A stretch of DNA of 64,000 nt, taken from NCBI RefSeq assembly GCF_009914755.1, contig NC_060925.1. The stretch is one strand, 5' to 3'. This DNA comes from the human T2T-CHM13v2.0 reference genome, Homo sapiens. Both the position numbers and the translations under genes were made by a program. Below the pieces are notes generated by a model, which saw only the letters and a program-made list of their open reading frames with translations, ran no database searches and was not told where the DNA came from. Positions 1-14,711 of this stretch are shown one piece after another; positions within the stretch are counted from its first letter, which is position 1, and each line of letters starts with the position of its first letter.

Positions 1-159
1 GGCGTGGGCTGCCGCCTGCTGTGGAGCTGCCGCTGCCCCTCGTACCCTACACAGGCTCCTCCTAAAGCCAGACCCGCAGCCTTCCCAGCATGAAGGCAAG
101 CACGGGGTAGCTGCTGTTCTCTTCCCGGACGGTCCTCAGTCCTCGGTCCAGCTTTCTCA

Positions 160-495
<336 letters not shown>

Positions 496-834
496 GATTA
501 TCGTATTGGCTTGTATTCTTCTGTCACCTGAAATCTTTTTGGGAAAAGACCAGGTAAAAATACACAAACATAACTCATATATAAGTTGATTTTTCTCCAA
601 AGACACTGTAATTTCACAGAGGATCTCTGTCCTCTCGTTTAAGTGAAAAGATACATAGTGAAACCAAATTTTTGTTCTCGTCAACATTTTAATGAAACAT
701 TATTCAAGGGCCTGCTGTAGGTCATAATTCCCAAGAACCTATGGACAACATTAAGTGAGGACTTACTGAACTATCAAAGTTATGATTGGAATAACAGCAA
801 AGATGTTTAGGTCTTACCATTTAAAAGGCATGTA

Positions 835-965
835 ACACACATCCTCATTTTATCATCACAGCAACCCTGCAGAAGGCAGGGGTGTTATTATCCCACATTA
901 CTGTTTACAGGTGAAAAAAAGAGGCACAGGTAGGTTAAGCAACTTGGCTATGGTCACACAGCAGG
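835..965 (-). mobile_element. MIR fragment
   Basis: Core ttacaggtgaaaaaaagaggcacagg...ggtcacacagc. Confidence 0.65.
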
Positions 966-2404
966 TAATTCAATGAAAGCCATGCGATCCCACCCTAAGG
1001 CCGTGCGGACTCTAGAATGACACCTGGTGAGTAACCTAGCAGGCAAAATAATTCAGCTGAAAGAGTCACCAGCTGGATGGTGGCAGAGAGAAGTACTTGG
1101 CAAGATTGGTTTTTCACACAAGGTCAACGCGAACGGAACCTCTCATACCAGCCACCTACTAGGGTACAGCATCAAGACCTAATTTCAGGGAGGGAAATGG
1201 GAAATGCATCCATTTCATCATCACTGGATACTAAGGGTTAGGCCTGGCCTCAGGCTTTATAAACCACATGTGTGCCAAATGTCCACGTCTAAACCTAGAG
1301 TTTAGGGTGAAAACTATGAATGGGCTACCATGGAAGTTACAAAATAAGAATGCAGGGGGGAAGCCTGAGGGCGCGCGCCACCCGAATGCGGGAGGAGCCA
1401 GATGGGGCAGCATAGGAAGGGCTGTTCTTTACCACTGATCTGGGGGGCTCATGATCGCCCAGAGGGACAGACCAACAGCATCGGGGTCTGTGGGTTGATA
1501 TTCATCTGCACGTCGACACTGGTGGGGATGCCAGGGAAATCTCACATGTTCTGTTTAGCAGAAACGAGACACCTGAGGCAGAAAGTGACAATAAGGAGTC
1601 ACACGGCCAGGCAACCATGGGCAATGGCAACGCAGGGGATACTTTAGAATCTGAAAGCCTGTGAAACACCCTCAAGTCCGAGAGGATCTGCTCCATGATG
1701 AGGAACTCCGTGACCTCCAGGGCCCACACACGGAGGTGAGCCACAGTCATCCTGCCACACCTGCTCAGTCTCCCGATGAGCCAGGCGAGGTGCTGAGCCC
1801 TGTACTCCTCGCCCCAGGGGTCCTGATAGCCCCTTGGGAGGCGAATGACCTTTGAAGCCACAGCAGAGGCTGACCAGCTCAGAGCACGGAGCCACTGAGT
1901 CAGAGGGCGGAGGTCTGGCTTCCTCCAACAGATTCTCCAAAAATCCTCACGACCACAAGCTTCTAAACCTCAATGACCTACCATGATTCCAGTAATACTT
2001 CTGCTTCCCTTCAAGTGGGAGTGTTTGTGCCATGTTTACGTGTCTGAGTGGGGGAGCGGGTGCTGAGGCAGACTCAACAAGTCGGGTTGCTTCGCTGTTC
2101 TCAGCACAAAAGTCACCCAGGCTGTCTGGCCACAATGTTTCACACTGGATTCCTTCCACTGGAGGGATGTCTCATCAGGTTTTGCTGTAATTTCACTGAG
2201 TCACCCATAGAAACGACCAAGCAGGGGAGACTGGAGGGGACATCTCCAGGGGGCCACATCTGAGCTGAGTTACAGAAAGTGAGGCAGGGCTGGCAGTTAG
2301 GGCAGGTCGCAAAGCAGCCCAAGGACTAAGGTGCAGACAGAGAGCATCTCTGTCTGTCAAAGGCAGACAGCGTGGGATGCCGAATGCTGATAGCTGCACA
2401 ACTC

Positions 2405-2785
<381 letters not shown>

Positions 2786-5700
2786 AGGTGAATCAAGAGA
2801 GGATATTTTAGGCAGAGAGAACCACATGGATCCAAGACATCACAGGTAGACATCCAGGAAACCAACAGTTTCAGAATACGAGTACGTCATGTGACCCAGA
2901 GTTAGGTTGGTAAAAAGTGACCCTGGGTGTCAGGAACCATGGGCAGTGTTGTCTTTCTCCTCACTCTCAGTCGTAGCTGTTTGACTCTTCACTCTTACTA
3001 CCCAGAGCTTTTCCTACATCAAAATAAACCAAGGTACTGCAGGGACTTGCCACTGGCCTGGAAGTCAGAGCTGGTTCTGCCATGAAACGGTGCTACATGG
3101 GGCATGGGCCACGGCTCCCTGGTCTCTGCAATGGATGGTTCTCTGAGAGAGGAGCACTTTGAGGGCTGTGAGTACAGAGGGAGGAGCTCAGGGTGTCAAG
3201 AGTGGGAGAGGAAGTCTGGGCCTACCACCTTCTACCTGGTTTATTCAAGTTCTAAGATTTTGCTTAAAAAAAGGGTTGTACCAATTTTCCAAATGTTTGA
3301 AAACCACTAGATGAGATAATCGGTAAGGTTCATTTTAGTGTTGACATCCTACGAAGTTTCATAGTTCAAGACTTGAGAGTTACTCAAAAGTTTGTGTCAT
3401 CCCTCCTAAAACAAACCTTTACTAAGCAAGGTACTCTGAGGCTCAAACCAACTGTGGACTGCCCAGCTCTTCGGTTCACAGCCTTAGGACACAGATGCAA
3501 GCAGCTGAGTGAGTTATTCACAAGAAGGGGAAGAAGGAAAAGGCTTGGAACCCATAATCTTCTCCCCTGAATGCCATGTTCAAATTTAAACTCTTAGGGA
3601 ATTTCTATATTTGTATACAGAATCCAAATTCCCTTCTCTTTTCTCTTCCAGGAGAGATTCCGAGCCCACCCCTTGCCTGCCTCCGAGACCTCAACACCAT
3701 CCTGCTTACTAAAGGGAGCCCAGTTTTTCCCGCTACCCATGGCACAGGTCTTCGTCAATTTCAGTGTGCCCTTCATGAATCTGGCATGTGGTCACTGGCA
3801 GTTAAAGGGGGTGATGATGGAGAGGAGAAACCCCAGGCTCCAACTACAAAACCCTGCGGGACACGCAGGCTCCTCTGGGCTTCCCGGCCCACATTCCTGG
3901 CCTATTTCAAACATCAGGGAAGCAGACTGAGCGTGCCTTGCCCTCCTCAAGTATTTTTAACCTGTTTCCAAAACCAGACATGTTCTAAGGGGGGCGACCC
4001 AGGAATTCCTCATCCAGGGCCAGTGCCTGCCAACCGCGAGATGTTGGCTTTCTAACAGCTCTGAGGAGGGAGTTGTTGTCTGCCTTTTCTGGTACGTGGG
4101 GAAGTGGGATCTCTCTCCAATTCACTTTTACGTCTCACATTTCTCATCAACCAGAGGGCAGGATCTAACTTAAAGGGAGAGTCTTCAGACCATCCTCAAT
4201 GGAAGCTCTCCAAACACTGTTCTCCGGCTTCCAACAACAACAGGAGTCCATAAGGTTCCCCAAATGAAGGACCTGGATAGATCTTGTAGGAAAAAAAATC
4301 CTATGAGGACAAGGCCAAGGAACGGGCCTATATGCACTTCACTTGAATTATGCCTCCTGGCTCTAGGTGACAAGAGCCATCTTTTTCACCACTGGAGAGC
4401 TCAGCCTCCTACCACCTTGCCCCGATCCTGACCTGGTTCAGATTCCTCGCTAACATACTTCTCTCACCTTGTAGCACTGTTGCACATTGAACAGGAGGGA
4501 AAAGCTCTTTTGTTCATTTTCCTTAGAATGGAACCAAAATGATACTCCAGTAGCTCCATCTAAAAGCTCAAGTGGCAGCTAACAGCACGGACACCAGGGG
4601 CATCCCTTGCCAGCTTCCAATGCCATGGTGAGAGACACTCATCATGGTTTAAAAAAAGACCAGAGAGCATTTTCACAAGCAATTCCTAAGAGACTTAAAT
4701 TTCCTACACATAGGCAGAATAAAAACCAAAAAGGAAAAAAAAAAAACTTCCCCCAAACAAAAGTGAGGGCTTTCAAGGAGACTTGCTGAGTGGGCAAACA
4801 TTTTGGAAAGATGGAATTTTAAACACAAACATAAAAGGGCAAAGATTTGCAGCAGAAGAGCTATGCACACAGCCGGGAGGACTTTAATTAGGGAAAGCTT
4901 TGCAAAGCCCAGGGAGCATCAGCATCAGCAAATCTCCCCTTGGTCTCCGGAATGGAAAGAATGTGGAAACCAATGGGTGATCAAGGAGTTCGAATTTTGC
5001 CTGACACTCTTGCTGGGAATGAAGCATGCAGTCCTGTCTTTTGCCACCTTTTCAGCAGCCTCAGGTGAGCCTTTTAAAAAGGTGAAAAACGAAGGACCAC
5101 CTAGCCTGGGAGAAGCCAGGGTGGATCCTCTCCTTCCTAGGGTGCTTCCTGCAGATGGCACACAGCCAAAGCTCTTCTGGTGTTTTAAGGCAGAAACAGA
5201 ATTCAGGGGAGGACTAAACAACCCCTTTAGAGCTACGTGCTGTGTTTTTTGTTTGCATTTTTCCAAGTCCAGGCATTTTTCCAGGTATTTCCAATGAGAC
5301 TGAAATGGCCTACACATAGGCTGACGACCTATAATAACATAAGAAAGTGATGTTGGCCCCCTGCTCCACCCAGAGGGGACATCTGCTTATTTGGCTTCCA
5401 GGTGGTGGGAGCAGTGGTTTTCCCCAAACAGCTAATACCCTTCAATTCTTTGCTTTCTGTATCATGAAGTTCACTGGAGTTTGGAGCACAGACTCTTTAA
5501 ACCAGTAATTTAACTCTACTTTTGAGGATACCCTATGCCCCCAGCAGTTATGAGAAGGGTTGCCAAATCTTAACTCATAAGGGTGACAGGATCAGGAACA
5601 AAGGCCTGGACTCTCCACCCTTCTCCTCTGCCAAAATCTACGAGTTCAGGAAAATGGCAAGCCAGGAGTTTACTTTAGGTTCCCTCAAGAGCAGCAGCTG

Positions 5701-6290
5701 TTCCCACCAGGGCTGCGAAGGAATCAACAGGAACTGAGAGAACACCTGAATGGTCTGATTCAGAAAGTCCCAGCTCCCTGTGAGGTCAATAAAGAACTTT
5801 GTCTCAACAGAGGCAACAAGGCCACTGCCTCCTAGGAAAGGACTGATGTGGGCTTTTCTAGAGGCAGGCAGGCTCTTGGATCAACAGGCTTACAAGGGCA
5901 CATTTCTCAGTTACGATCTTAAAATTGCAGGGAACCTGCTGATCTCTGTCCCTTACCCATCTAGAAAGTCTGAGTGGGAGCTAACAGCTGATCCTCAGCA
6001 AAACCAGAGTGTGCGCCCATCACCTGCTTTCTGGTAAGGGACCCATGTGGCCTGAATCAAAACTCAAAGCTCACTAGACACCAATTCACACGCTCTATCT
6101 AATCAGGCAGAAACCCACCTGCTCCTGCTCAGTCCCTGCCCAGCTAGTACCTTCCCACCACCCACCAGCTGTATCTCAGGCTCTGCCCACTCTAAGCTTT
6201 CCCTGGGATTTGCCTGCCAAGGGTGGGCCACGGTGTCCTCTGTGGTGCTCTGCAGTGCCCATGTTCCTCACATCAGAAGCCTTGCATTCT

Positions 6291-6641
<351 letters not shown>

Positions 6642-6739
6642 CTATGAGCTCTTTAAAGACACAACTATTCTGTTGTCACTCTGACCCTGGTGCTTCAGCT
6701 TAGGCAGGGCCTTGCATTCATGGGGGCTCAAGTAGGCAT

Positions 6740-7230
6740 GCACTCACTGAATGTCCGCTTCAGGCTTGACAGTGGGGATACAAAGGTGAACAAAAGAAAA
6801 GATCCCTGCCCTCCAAGAGCCAAAGCTCCTAGGATGGAGCAAGTCCAAGAGACAGGAGAAGCAAGGGGCATGCTGGGGGGCAGGGTGAGGGAAGTGAGGC
6901 TCCAGCGGAGATGGGAAGATGAGCAGTTAGAGGGAGCAGAGTTGGTGTGGACATGTGTCCCAGTCAAGGAAACGGCATGTACAAAGATGCAACAAGACAG
7001 GGCACAGGCCTGGGAGTGTGCAAGACAAGGAGACAGGAGGAAGGGGCAGGGCCAGATCAAGAGCTCTTCCACCTAGATGTGTTCTCCGGGCTTGATCCCG
7101 ACAATGTGGAGTCATTAAGGGACATTATCCGAAGTGCATTTTGGCAAGACTACTCTGTATGCAGAGCAGGCAGGGGATGACAGGCAGGAAGGCCTGTCTA
7201 CAGGCTATTATAACACTCCAGTAATGCAGG
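6740..7230 (-). mobile_element. L2 fragment (degenerate)
   Basis: ggggatacaaaggtgaacaaaagaaaagatccctgccctc and purine-rich continuation typical of the antisense L2 3' region. Confidence 0.5.
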
Positions 7231-7480
7231 GAGGAGCAGTAGCAATAAACATTCATTGAACTGCTCTAAAATGAGGATTGGGACATACCTTCACCCAACA
7301 GGCTGGATAAGGTGGATGGCACTCTGTAAAAAAGTGACCCCGCTTTGGGCAGGTGGAACTACATCTCCACTGGCCTCCAGCAGCCTGAGCTGCACCCAGT
7401 GCCCCTTCTGCCTGCCTCCCTCCTGGACTCCAGCCGCAGTTCCTCCCTGTCACATGCCCTACTTAACGCCTGCAGCATCA

Positions 7481-8162
<682 letters not shown>

Positions 8163-8349
8163 TCAGAGCCCGATCAAGCAGCATTCACCCACCTATCTGG
8201 CCAAACAGGGAAACGCAGGCTGCTTTTGACAAGGGGCACGCACCCTCCTCCTTAAAAGGACAGCTCAGCAATCATGGGAAAGCAGTGGATTCCAGCCACT
8301 CCTGTCAGGGATTCCACCACCTTCTTTGGATGATTTGCACCAAGTATTT

Positions 8350-8475
8350 TCCCTACATGACTTCCTTTAATATTCACAATTGTCCTCTTTTAGAGTGAGG
8401 CAAATCCAGAATTCTCTCCATTACACAGATGAGGAAACTGAGGCCTGGAGTCTGGTAGCTTACCGAGGGTCACCT
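8350..8475 (-). mobile_element. MIR fragment
   Basis: cagatgaggaaactgaggc core. Confidence 0.65.
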
Positions 8476-10124
8476 AGATATTCAGGATGCATGCTCCCAG
8501 CCCCAGCTAACTCATGACTCCGTGACCTTAAAGACTCTGTCCATATACTGCCACCTGCCGGGACCACCAGCCCTTGAGTCCCAGGGGCTGAGGTCTCCTG
8601 AGTCATAGCTCAGCTCCAAGAGGCATCCGTCCCTTCTCATCTCTGGGTCTCAGATCACACAGCCTAGAATGTCTAATGTGGACTCCCCTCAGAATTTGGG
8701 GATAGCAGGGTTTTTGGTTCATTATCTCATATTTATTTGTGGCCATATCGACATGTGGCCAGGCACTGTGTTAGGGTCTGGGGATAGAGGTGAGCATCAT
8801 GGCATCCCGCAGGTGCTCGGAAGCCAGAGGGCCCTCCAGTGCTAAGAGTACAGTTACAGCACACAGCAGTGCTTTCAGTGCGTTAGATAAAACGTGGAGA
8901 TTTGGCTGCCCCTACAGGCAGCGTTTGGGACTAGGAAGGTCAATGAGACAGGAAAACAATGCGGGCGAAGAAGTATTAAGCCTCTTTAAAACACCTGATG
9001 TACATATCTCCTCTACTCCCAACTGATGTTCAACACATAGCTAGAAAGAGGCAAAAAAAAAAAAAAAAAAAAAAAAATCCCCTTGTATGAAGGATAATCC
9101 TTTCAGCCTGGGGCAAATCTCCTGAAGAGTTTTGTTCTGAACTAGGAGTGTTGTTTTAGCTTCCAGTCAATAGTAATTAAGAGTCCCAATATATTCCAGA
9201 AAGAGGGAGAGGGAGATTAACGATCATTAAATCTCTTCTGCATTTGGCTCCAAATCTCTTTTCGGAGGGGCCGGCTGTCAGATGATCCCTCCAAAGCGTC
9301 CATCTGACAGCACTCCCGCCGCCACCATCTGGAACATCAATTCGAGAGCTCGCCTGAAGGTTTCAATTACATAAAAGGCAATGGGCCCATTAGGACCCGA
9401 GAGTCTGGAGCTTCACAAGCGCTGCTCACACCCCCTCTCCTGTACACAAAGCCTCTAGAATTTGGTTGGCAGTCATTTGCAAAGGGACTCATTTTGGTGG
9501 GGGCATGGGGCTGGCCAGCCCCTTGGCAAGGCCTCTCTCAGGCAGGCTCTGTGCGTGCTATGACTGACAGGGTCTCTAATGAACCTTAATTGTGAGCTCG
9601 ACAGGCCCAGGAAGGCAGCCACAGATGTGGCAAAGGGCAACCGCAAACCGTCTGATTAGTGAATAAGAAGTGTCCGGCCCAGTGAGGGCCAATGACCCAA
9701 AAAAGGAGGAGGGCGGGACTATTCCTCCCCCACGCATCCCTTCTAAAGCTCTGAAGCTTCTTTATGTAAGCAATGCAAAGCCTCTGGGTGCACTGGAACC
9801 CAACGCACCCCTCCCCCCGGCACTACTGCTTGGCAGCTGGCAGCTGGGATGTTGGGGTCTTGTGCTTGTTACCACGGATGCTTCCGTCTCCATCAGCAGT
9901 GCACCTTTAACCACAGGAGGCCAGAACAGAACGCCCTTTCAACGTGGGAAGGGGGAAGCTACCCACTACGGAGACTGAGTAACTTCTTGCCGGTGCTAAG
10001 AATTGTGAAGACAGCTGCATTCAGAGTCAGCCATCCTCTGGTGACCTGCAGTGACAAGGAGAAAGCTACTCCTGGGGCAGCTTTGGGCACAAACAGCGTG
10101 ACGGAGAAGACAGGCTTTGCAGAC

Positions 10125-10290
10125 GGGTAGATCCCAACTCTGCTCCTTACTAATTAGCTGTGAGGCTTGGACCAACTCATGAAACCTCACTTGGTTTCCT
10201 CATCTGTAAAATGGGCATAAAAGATCAACCTTGTGGTGTGCAGTTTAAATAAGCAAAGGGTCTGGAACAGTACCTGGCACACGATAGTCA
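10125..10290 (+). mobile_element. MIR fragment
   Basis: gtttcctcatctgtaaaatggg...acagtacctggcacac. Confidence 0.7.
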
Positions 10291-10369
10291 TCTCTTAAAA
10301 CCCGGGAGAACAGCAGAGTATTTTGCGCAAGTTTGACATGACCTCAGAACTCCATGCAGACAGCTACTA

Positions 10370-10510
10370 CAAGCCAGGTACTATGCTAGAAGCTTTACAC
10401 CCCCCATCTCTCATTCTTGAAGTTAGTGTCATGCCCATCTCACAGATGAGGAAACTGAGGCTCAGTGGTCACACAGCTAAGACGTGGTAAAGACAAGAGC
10501 TGAACAGGAT
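10370..10510 (-). mobile_element. MIR fragment
   Basis: cagatgaggaaactgaggctcag...gtcacacagcta. Confidence 0.7.
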
Positions 10511-13500
10511 TGTGCCTTTCGATTTCAAGGCACTCCACTATCAACTTCAATGCTCCTAACCAAGCATTTCAGGCATCCTCAGACTAACAGCCTAGAAACA
10601 CCTAACCAAGAATTTTGTAGAATTTGAATTCCCAAATACACCAAAACAGGCTTCTCTGGCCTGGCATATAAAGGTGTGGTAGGGGGCACTAAATGGCCAA
10701 TCTGTTTCCAAGGAAGTCTGCAAAACAAATGAGGACTCCACTTCCAGCCTTGGTCTGCTTCTTGGCTAGTGGCACCTCACAAGCATTTTCTGCATCAGGG
10801 TCATGAATAGGTAGCAGCAGGTGAGCTGCTAAAATAGCCTCCCCACCAGAAAGCAGTCCCAGGAGAGGCCCAGAGATACAGAACAGAGGCCCATCACTGG
10901 GAGGTTGTGTAGGACCCTCACACATAGACTGGGGGGCTCTCAAGCTGGGGAAAAGGGTACCTGGGGGGAGACTAGAGATGTAGGTTCAAGAAGGGGACAA
11001 GAGATTCAGAGGAAAGAGGAGCAAGAGGTGAGCAGTGCTGATAAGGAAGAGGGTAAATGGCAAGGAAGCTGGGAAACCGACAGAAAGGATCCTGAGGACC
11101 CAGGTTTCACAGGTGACCTGGCACCTCTGGAAGGCTGAGGATTGAGGGGTCTGATGACCTGGGAGGCTGCAAGGCTGGCTTGTCCTTGGACACTGAGATC
11201 AACCTAAGACTCCTTCCTGCCGCCTTAGACCATCCAGCCACGCTCTTGTCTAGCTTTCTCTCCCAGGGCTTCCGAAGACTTTCCCAATGATAACCGGGGT
11301 CAGCTCCTCATTCAGGGAGCAGAAGCAGGAAGAAAAGTGCCTAGCAAGCAATCAGGAAGAGGAGGGGGAGAGACCCTCACCAGGGCGGACTGTGCAGCTG
11401 GTGTCAGATGACCCTTATCTCTGCAGAATGGAAACCAGCCAGCCAAAGTCTGGAGGCTCACCTTCTGACCTCCATGACTCGCCTTTGGGTGGGGGGCCGT
11501 GGCATTTTCAGCTTCCCATTCAGGGATCCTTACCTTGACAAGTTCTCATGACTATCTACAAGGCCTCAATGGAGGGCCTCTTAATCTCCTTCCTCAGTTA
11601 AATAAGCCAAGTCCTTGCAAACGTGCACTGGGTTATAAAATGCCCCACTGTGGGAGCCAAGGCTGGGACTTGGTTCACCTGTGAAAACTCAGCCCAAAAG
11701 GCTGCCCAGGGCATCAGGGCACAGCCTCTAGGCTGGTGGAACCCAGGAGTGAGCCAATCGGCCCTAGGAAGCCAACAAAGGCAGTAAAGGCAACAGCCAG
11801 CATCAATTAAGTGCCTGTCTTCCACTCACATCTGCAGTTTACACGCACCCCAAATCCTCACAACCGTCTCATGAATTCGGCTTTCGGAAACTGTGGGAGA
11901 TGAAGTGCCTTGTCCAAGGTCTCAAAGCTGGAAGGTGACCAGGCCAGGATTCAAGTCCTAGTGAGCCTTCTCTTCTGGCTCTAGTGAGCCACCCAGGGAC
12001 AAAGACTGTGGGCTGGAGTATCTGCTGGAGGCCCCTGCCGGCTCTGTTCTCTCCACCTATTTACCAGATGGGGCAGCTCATAGGCCTGAGAGAAACTGAG
12101 GTCTCTTCTGCCAGCAAAAGGGGAGCCTGAAAGTGGTGACATCAACAGAAGGGTATCCATGGTGATGTTCTTTTAGTTCTAGGCAACAGACCTCCAGTTC
12201 TGAGAGACTGAGAGACCATCAGGCCTGCACTTCGCAGAGTGGGGGCCCGAGACCCAAAGACCTGCAATTCCCAAAGCAAATTAGTGGCAGACTCAAAGCC
12301 ACAGCCCAGGTCTCCTGACTTCCAGTAAGATTTGCCAAGGCACCTTCTTAATGGACATAGTGCTTCCTTTTCATCTACCTTTGTCCCTCCTATTGAAGCA
12401 GCAGGAAGTTTCCTGAAGCAGTTCTCTATTTGCACAAATAGATAAATAATTCCAAAAAAGCTATGTTTCCTTCTACCCCATTTTACCAAACACTTATGAA
12501 AATAAAAGGTTTGGCTAATATCACACTTAGGGCCATTGTCAAAAAAGGGTGTAGAATCCAGGCCACTTAGTGTGTAGGTTATGATCCTTCCCAGGAAAAC
12601 AATGTTTCCCAAAGCACATTCCTTGAACGTGAGTTGGGATAACAGGTTCAGTTCTTTTTTTATTAACTGTGGGACTTCTCAGAGCCTTTAATATGCCAAC
12701 ATGGGTGATGATGCTCTTAATGGATAATGGAGTCTGATTATCCAGACTCTGGATTTCTCCCAGTCAATCGCTGCCCTTTATCCCTCAAGAGACTCAATGC
12801 CAAGGTGAGGGGATCCACTTCATTAGAAAGTCACGAAATGTGCAGGTCACAGTCCAACAAGAAACGAATCCACCCACCAAGCAGAAGGAACAGTCATCCA
12901 TGAAGGAGGCTTTTCCAGCCATCCCATCTCGGTTTATTTTGCACTTCTAACTACTAGTGAGGACCAAAGTTTCACATATTAGGCGTTTGTGTTTCTTCCT
13001 CTGTGAATTGCCTATGTAGCCAGCTCTTTCTTCTAACAAAGTATTCCTACTTCTCCTATTGATGGAGGCAATGCCATGTGGTAGTTAAGAGCCCCGGAGT
13101 CAGGTTGTCTGGGTTCAAAGCTTAGCTCCACCATCATACTTGGTGACCCTGGATAAACTGCTGGAGGCCCTGCTTCTTCATCTGTCCAATGGGGACAACT
13201 CTAATAGCCTCAGCAGGTGTTCTCAGATTTAAAGAGAGAAGCGTTTTGCCAAAAGGTACAAATGCTTTTCAGAGTGTGTTCCTTGCTTTTTAATTTTGTG
13301 TAAACTTCTAAGTTAAATTTGCATGCAGTCAAAGCTATCATTTCGGCACTGGCTTATGCACCTTCTAAAGGCCTCTTCCATCTCAAGATCAAATACTGAT
13401 GTTTGCTCTCTGGGTCTTTCATGTTCGTTTAATAGTTAATTCTTCAGTCCATGAGAAATACGCAATATGACTACATGCTGTTGCAATAGAGTTTTAGTGT

Positions 13501-14573
13501 GTTTTCCTTCAAAAGTATTAGCTGTTTCAACACATTTATTGAACAATTATTTTTCTCCCAAATAGGAATACCACTTGTGATTGTTCTAAGTTCTTCCATT
13601 ACTGAGTCTGTTTCTGAGAATTCTGACTGATTTGCTTCCGCCACTCAGCCTGGAGCTCTGCAGCTGTCTTCACGCACTGCCTGCTTGCCTCTTAGGTGAC
13701 TGCCTTTAAATTAAATGTACCAAAATCAGCCTGTGCTCCAGCATAAATCAGTTAGAACAGATAGGATGCCAGGGGAGATGGAGGGACAAGAGCCCATTTG
13801 TAACAGCAAAAGGAGATGCCACCTAGAAATAAGCTCCCTTACTGAACCATCCCGTTGGTTCTTGCAGTGCACTGCTTTTTCCAAAATTTTTACATTTGTT
13901 TTAACTGAAAGTATAGTGATATACTACTTGTGTCTGGGCAGGATGCTTTCAAAATAGCACTTTCCCCCCAAACACACACAATGCAAAGTGTGTATGGGTG
14001 GGGGGTGGTGGGGGGCTGCAATAGGAAGCTTTGCCTCTGCCCCACTGTTCCAACTGAGCCCGGGTTCCCCACAGCCCAGCCGGTTGAAGGGAGCGGCGGC
14101 TCCTCTGCTGGTCAAGCTCTGGAGGAACATCGCCTGCCCAGAGCTCCACACCAGCAGTGGCAGGAAGAGAAGTTCAAGTCCTTTTCCCTTAGGTACTTCC
14201 ATGGTGACCATTCTTCCCAGGCCCTCATTATAAATTTCCTTTACATTTTCACTTTTAAAAGATTATTTAGCTTTGGCAGGACATTTAAGAAATGGCATAC
14301 TATAATATTTTCATTTGTAAGGCTGTAATTCAGTGGAAAATACTGACTGGAATCAAGAGGTGGGCTTGACACCTCTTCCCCGCAACCCCACAGCACGCAT
14401 CACCTATCAGGTCAGAGACTCACTGCCCTCCTCCATTCCTCAGTTTCCTCCCACTCACTTCACAGAATGGCTATGAAGACAGATAAGGTCCTGGATGAAG
14501 CGTATTAATAATGAGACCCATCTGTCAGTACTTGCTGACATCTGATGGAGATCCATTAAAAGTTACTTATTTT

Positions 14574-14711
14574 GGCCAGGCACAGTGGCTCACACCTATA
14601 ATCCCAGAACTTTGGGAGGCCAAGGTGGAAGGACTGCTTGAGTGTGGAAGGACTGCTTGAGTTCAGAAGTTTGAGACCAACCTGGGCAACATGGTGAGAC
14701 CCCCATCTCTA
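14574..14711 (+). mobile_element. Alu left monomer/FLAM with an internal 19-bp tandem duplication
   Basis: gtggaaggactgcttgagt repeated at 14625-14643 and 14644-14662. Confidence 0.85.

Noticed and set aside
1502-1861. Minus-strand ORF with EFLIMEQILSDL, faintly like the SCAN/Gypsy-gag ELLVLEQFL motif
   Set aside because: Short isolated resemblance with a non-ATG start and no other SCAN hallmarks; the DNA could equally be a CR1/L3 remnant. A Pfam/Dfam search would settle it.
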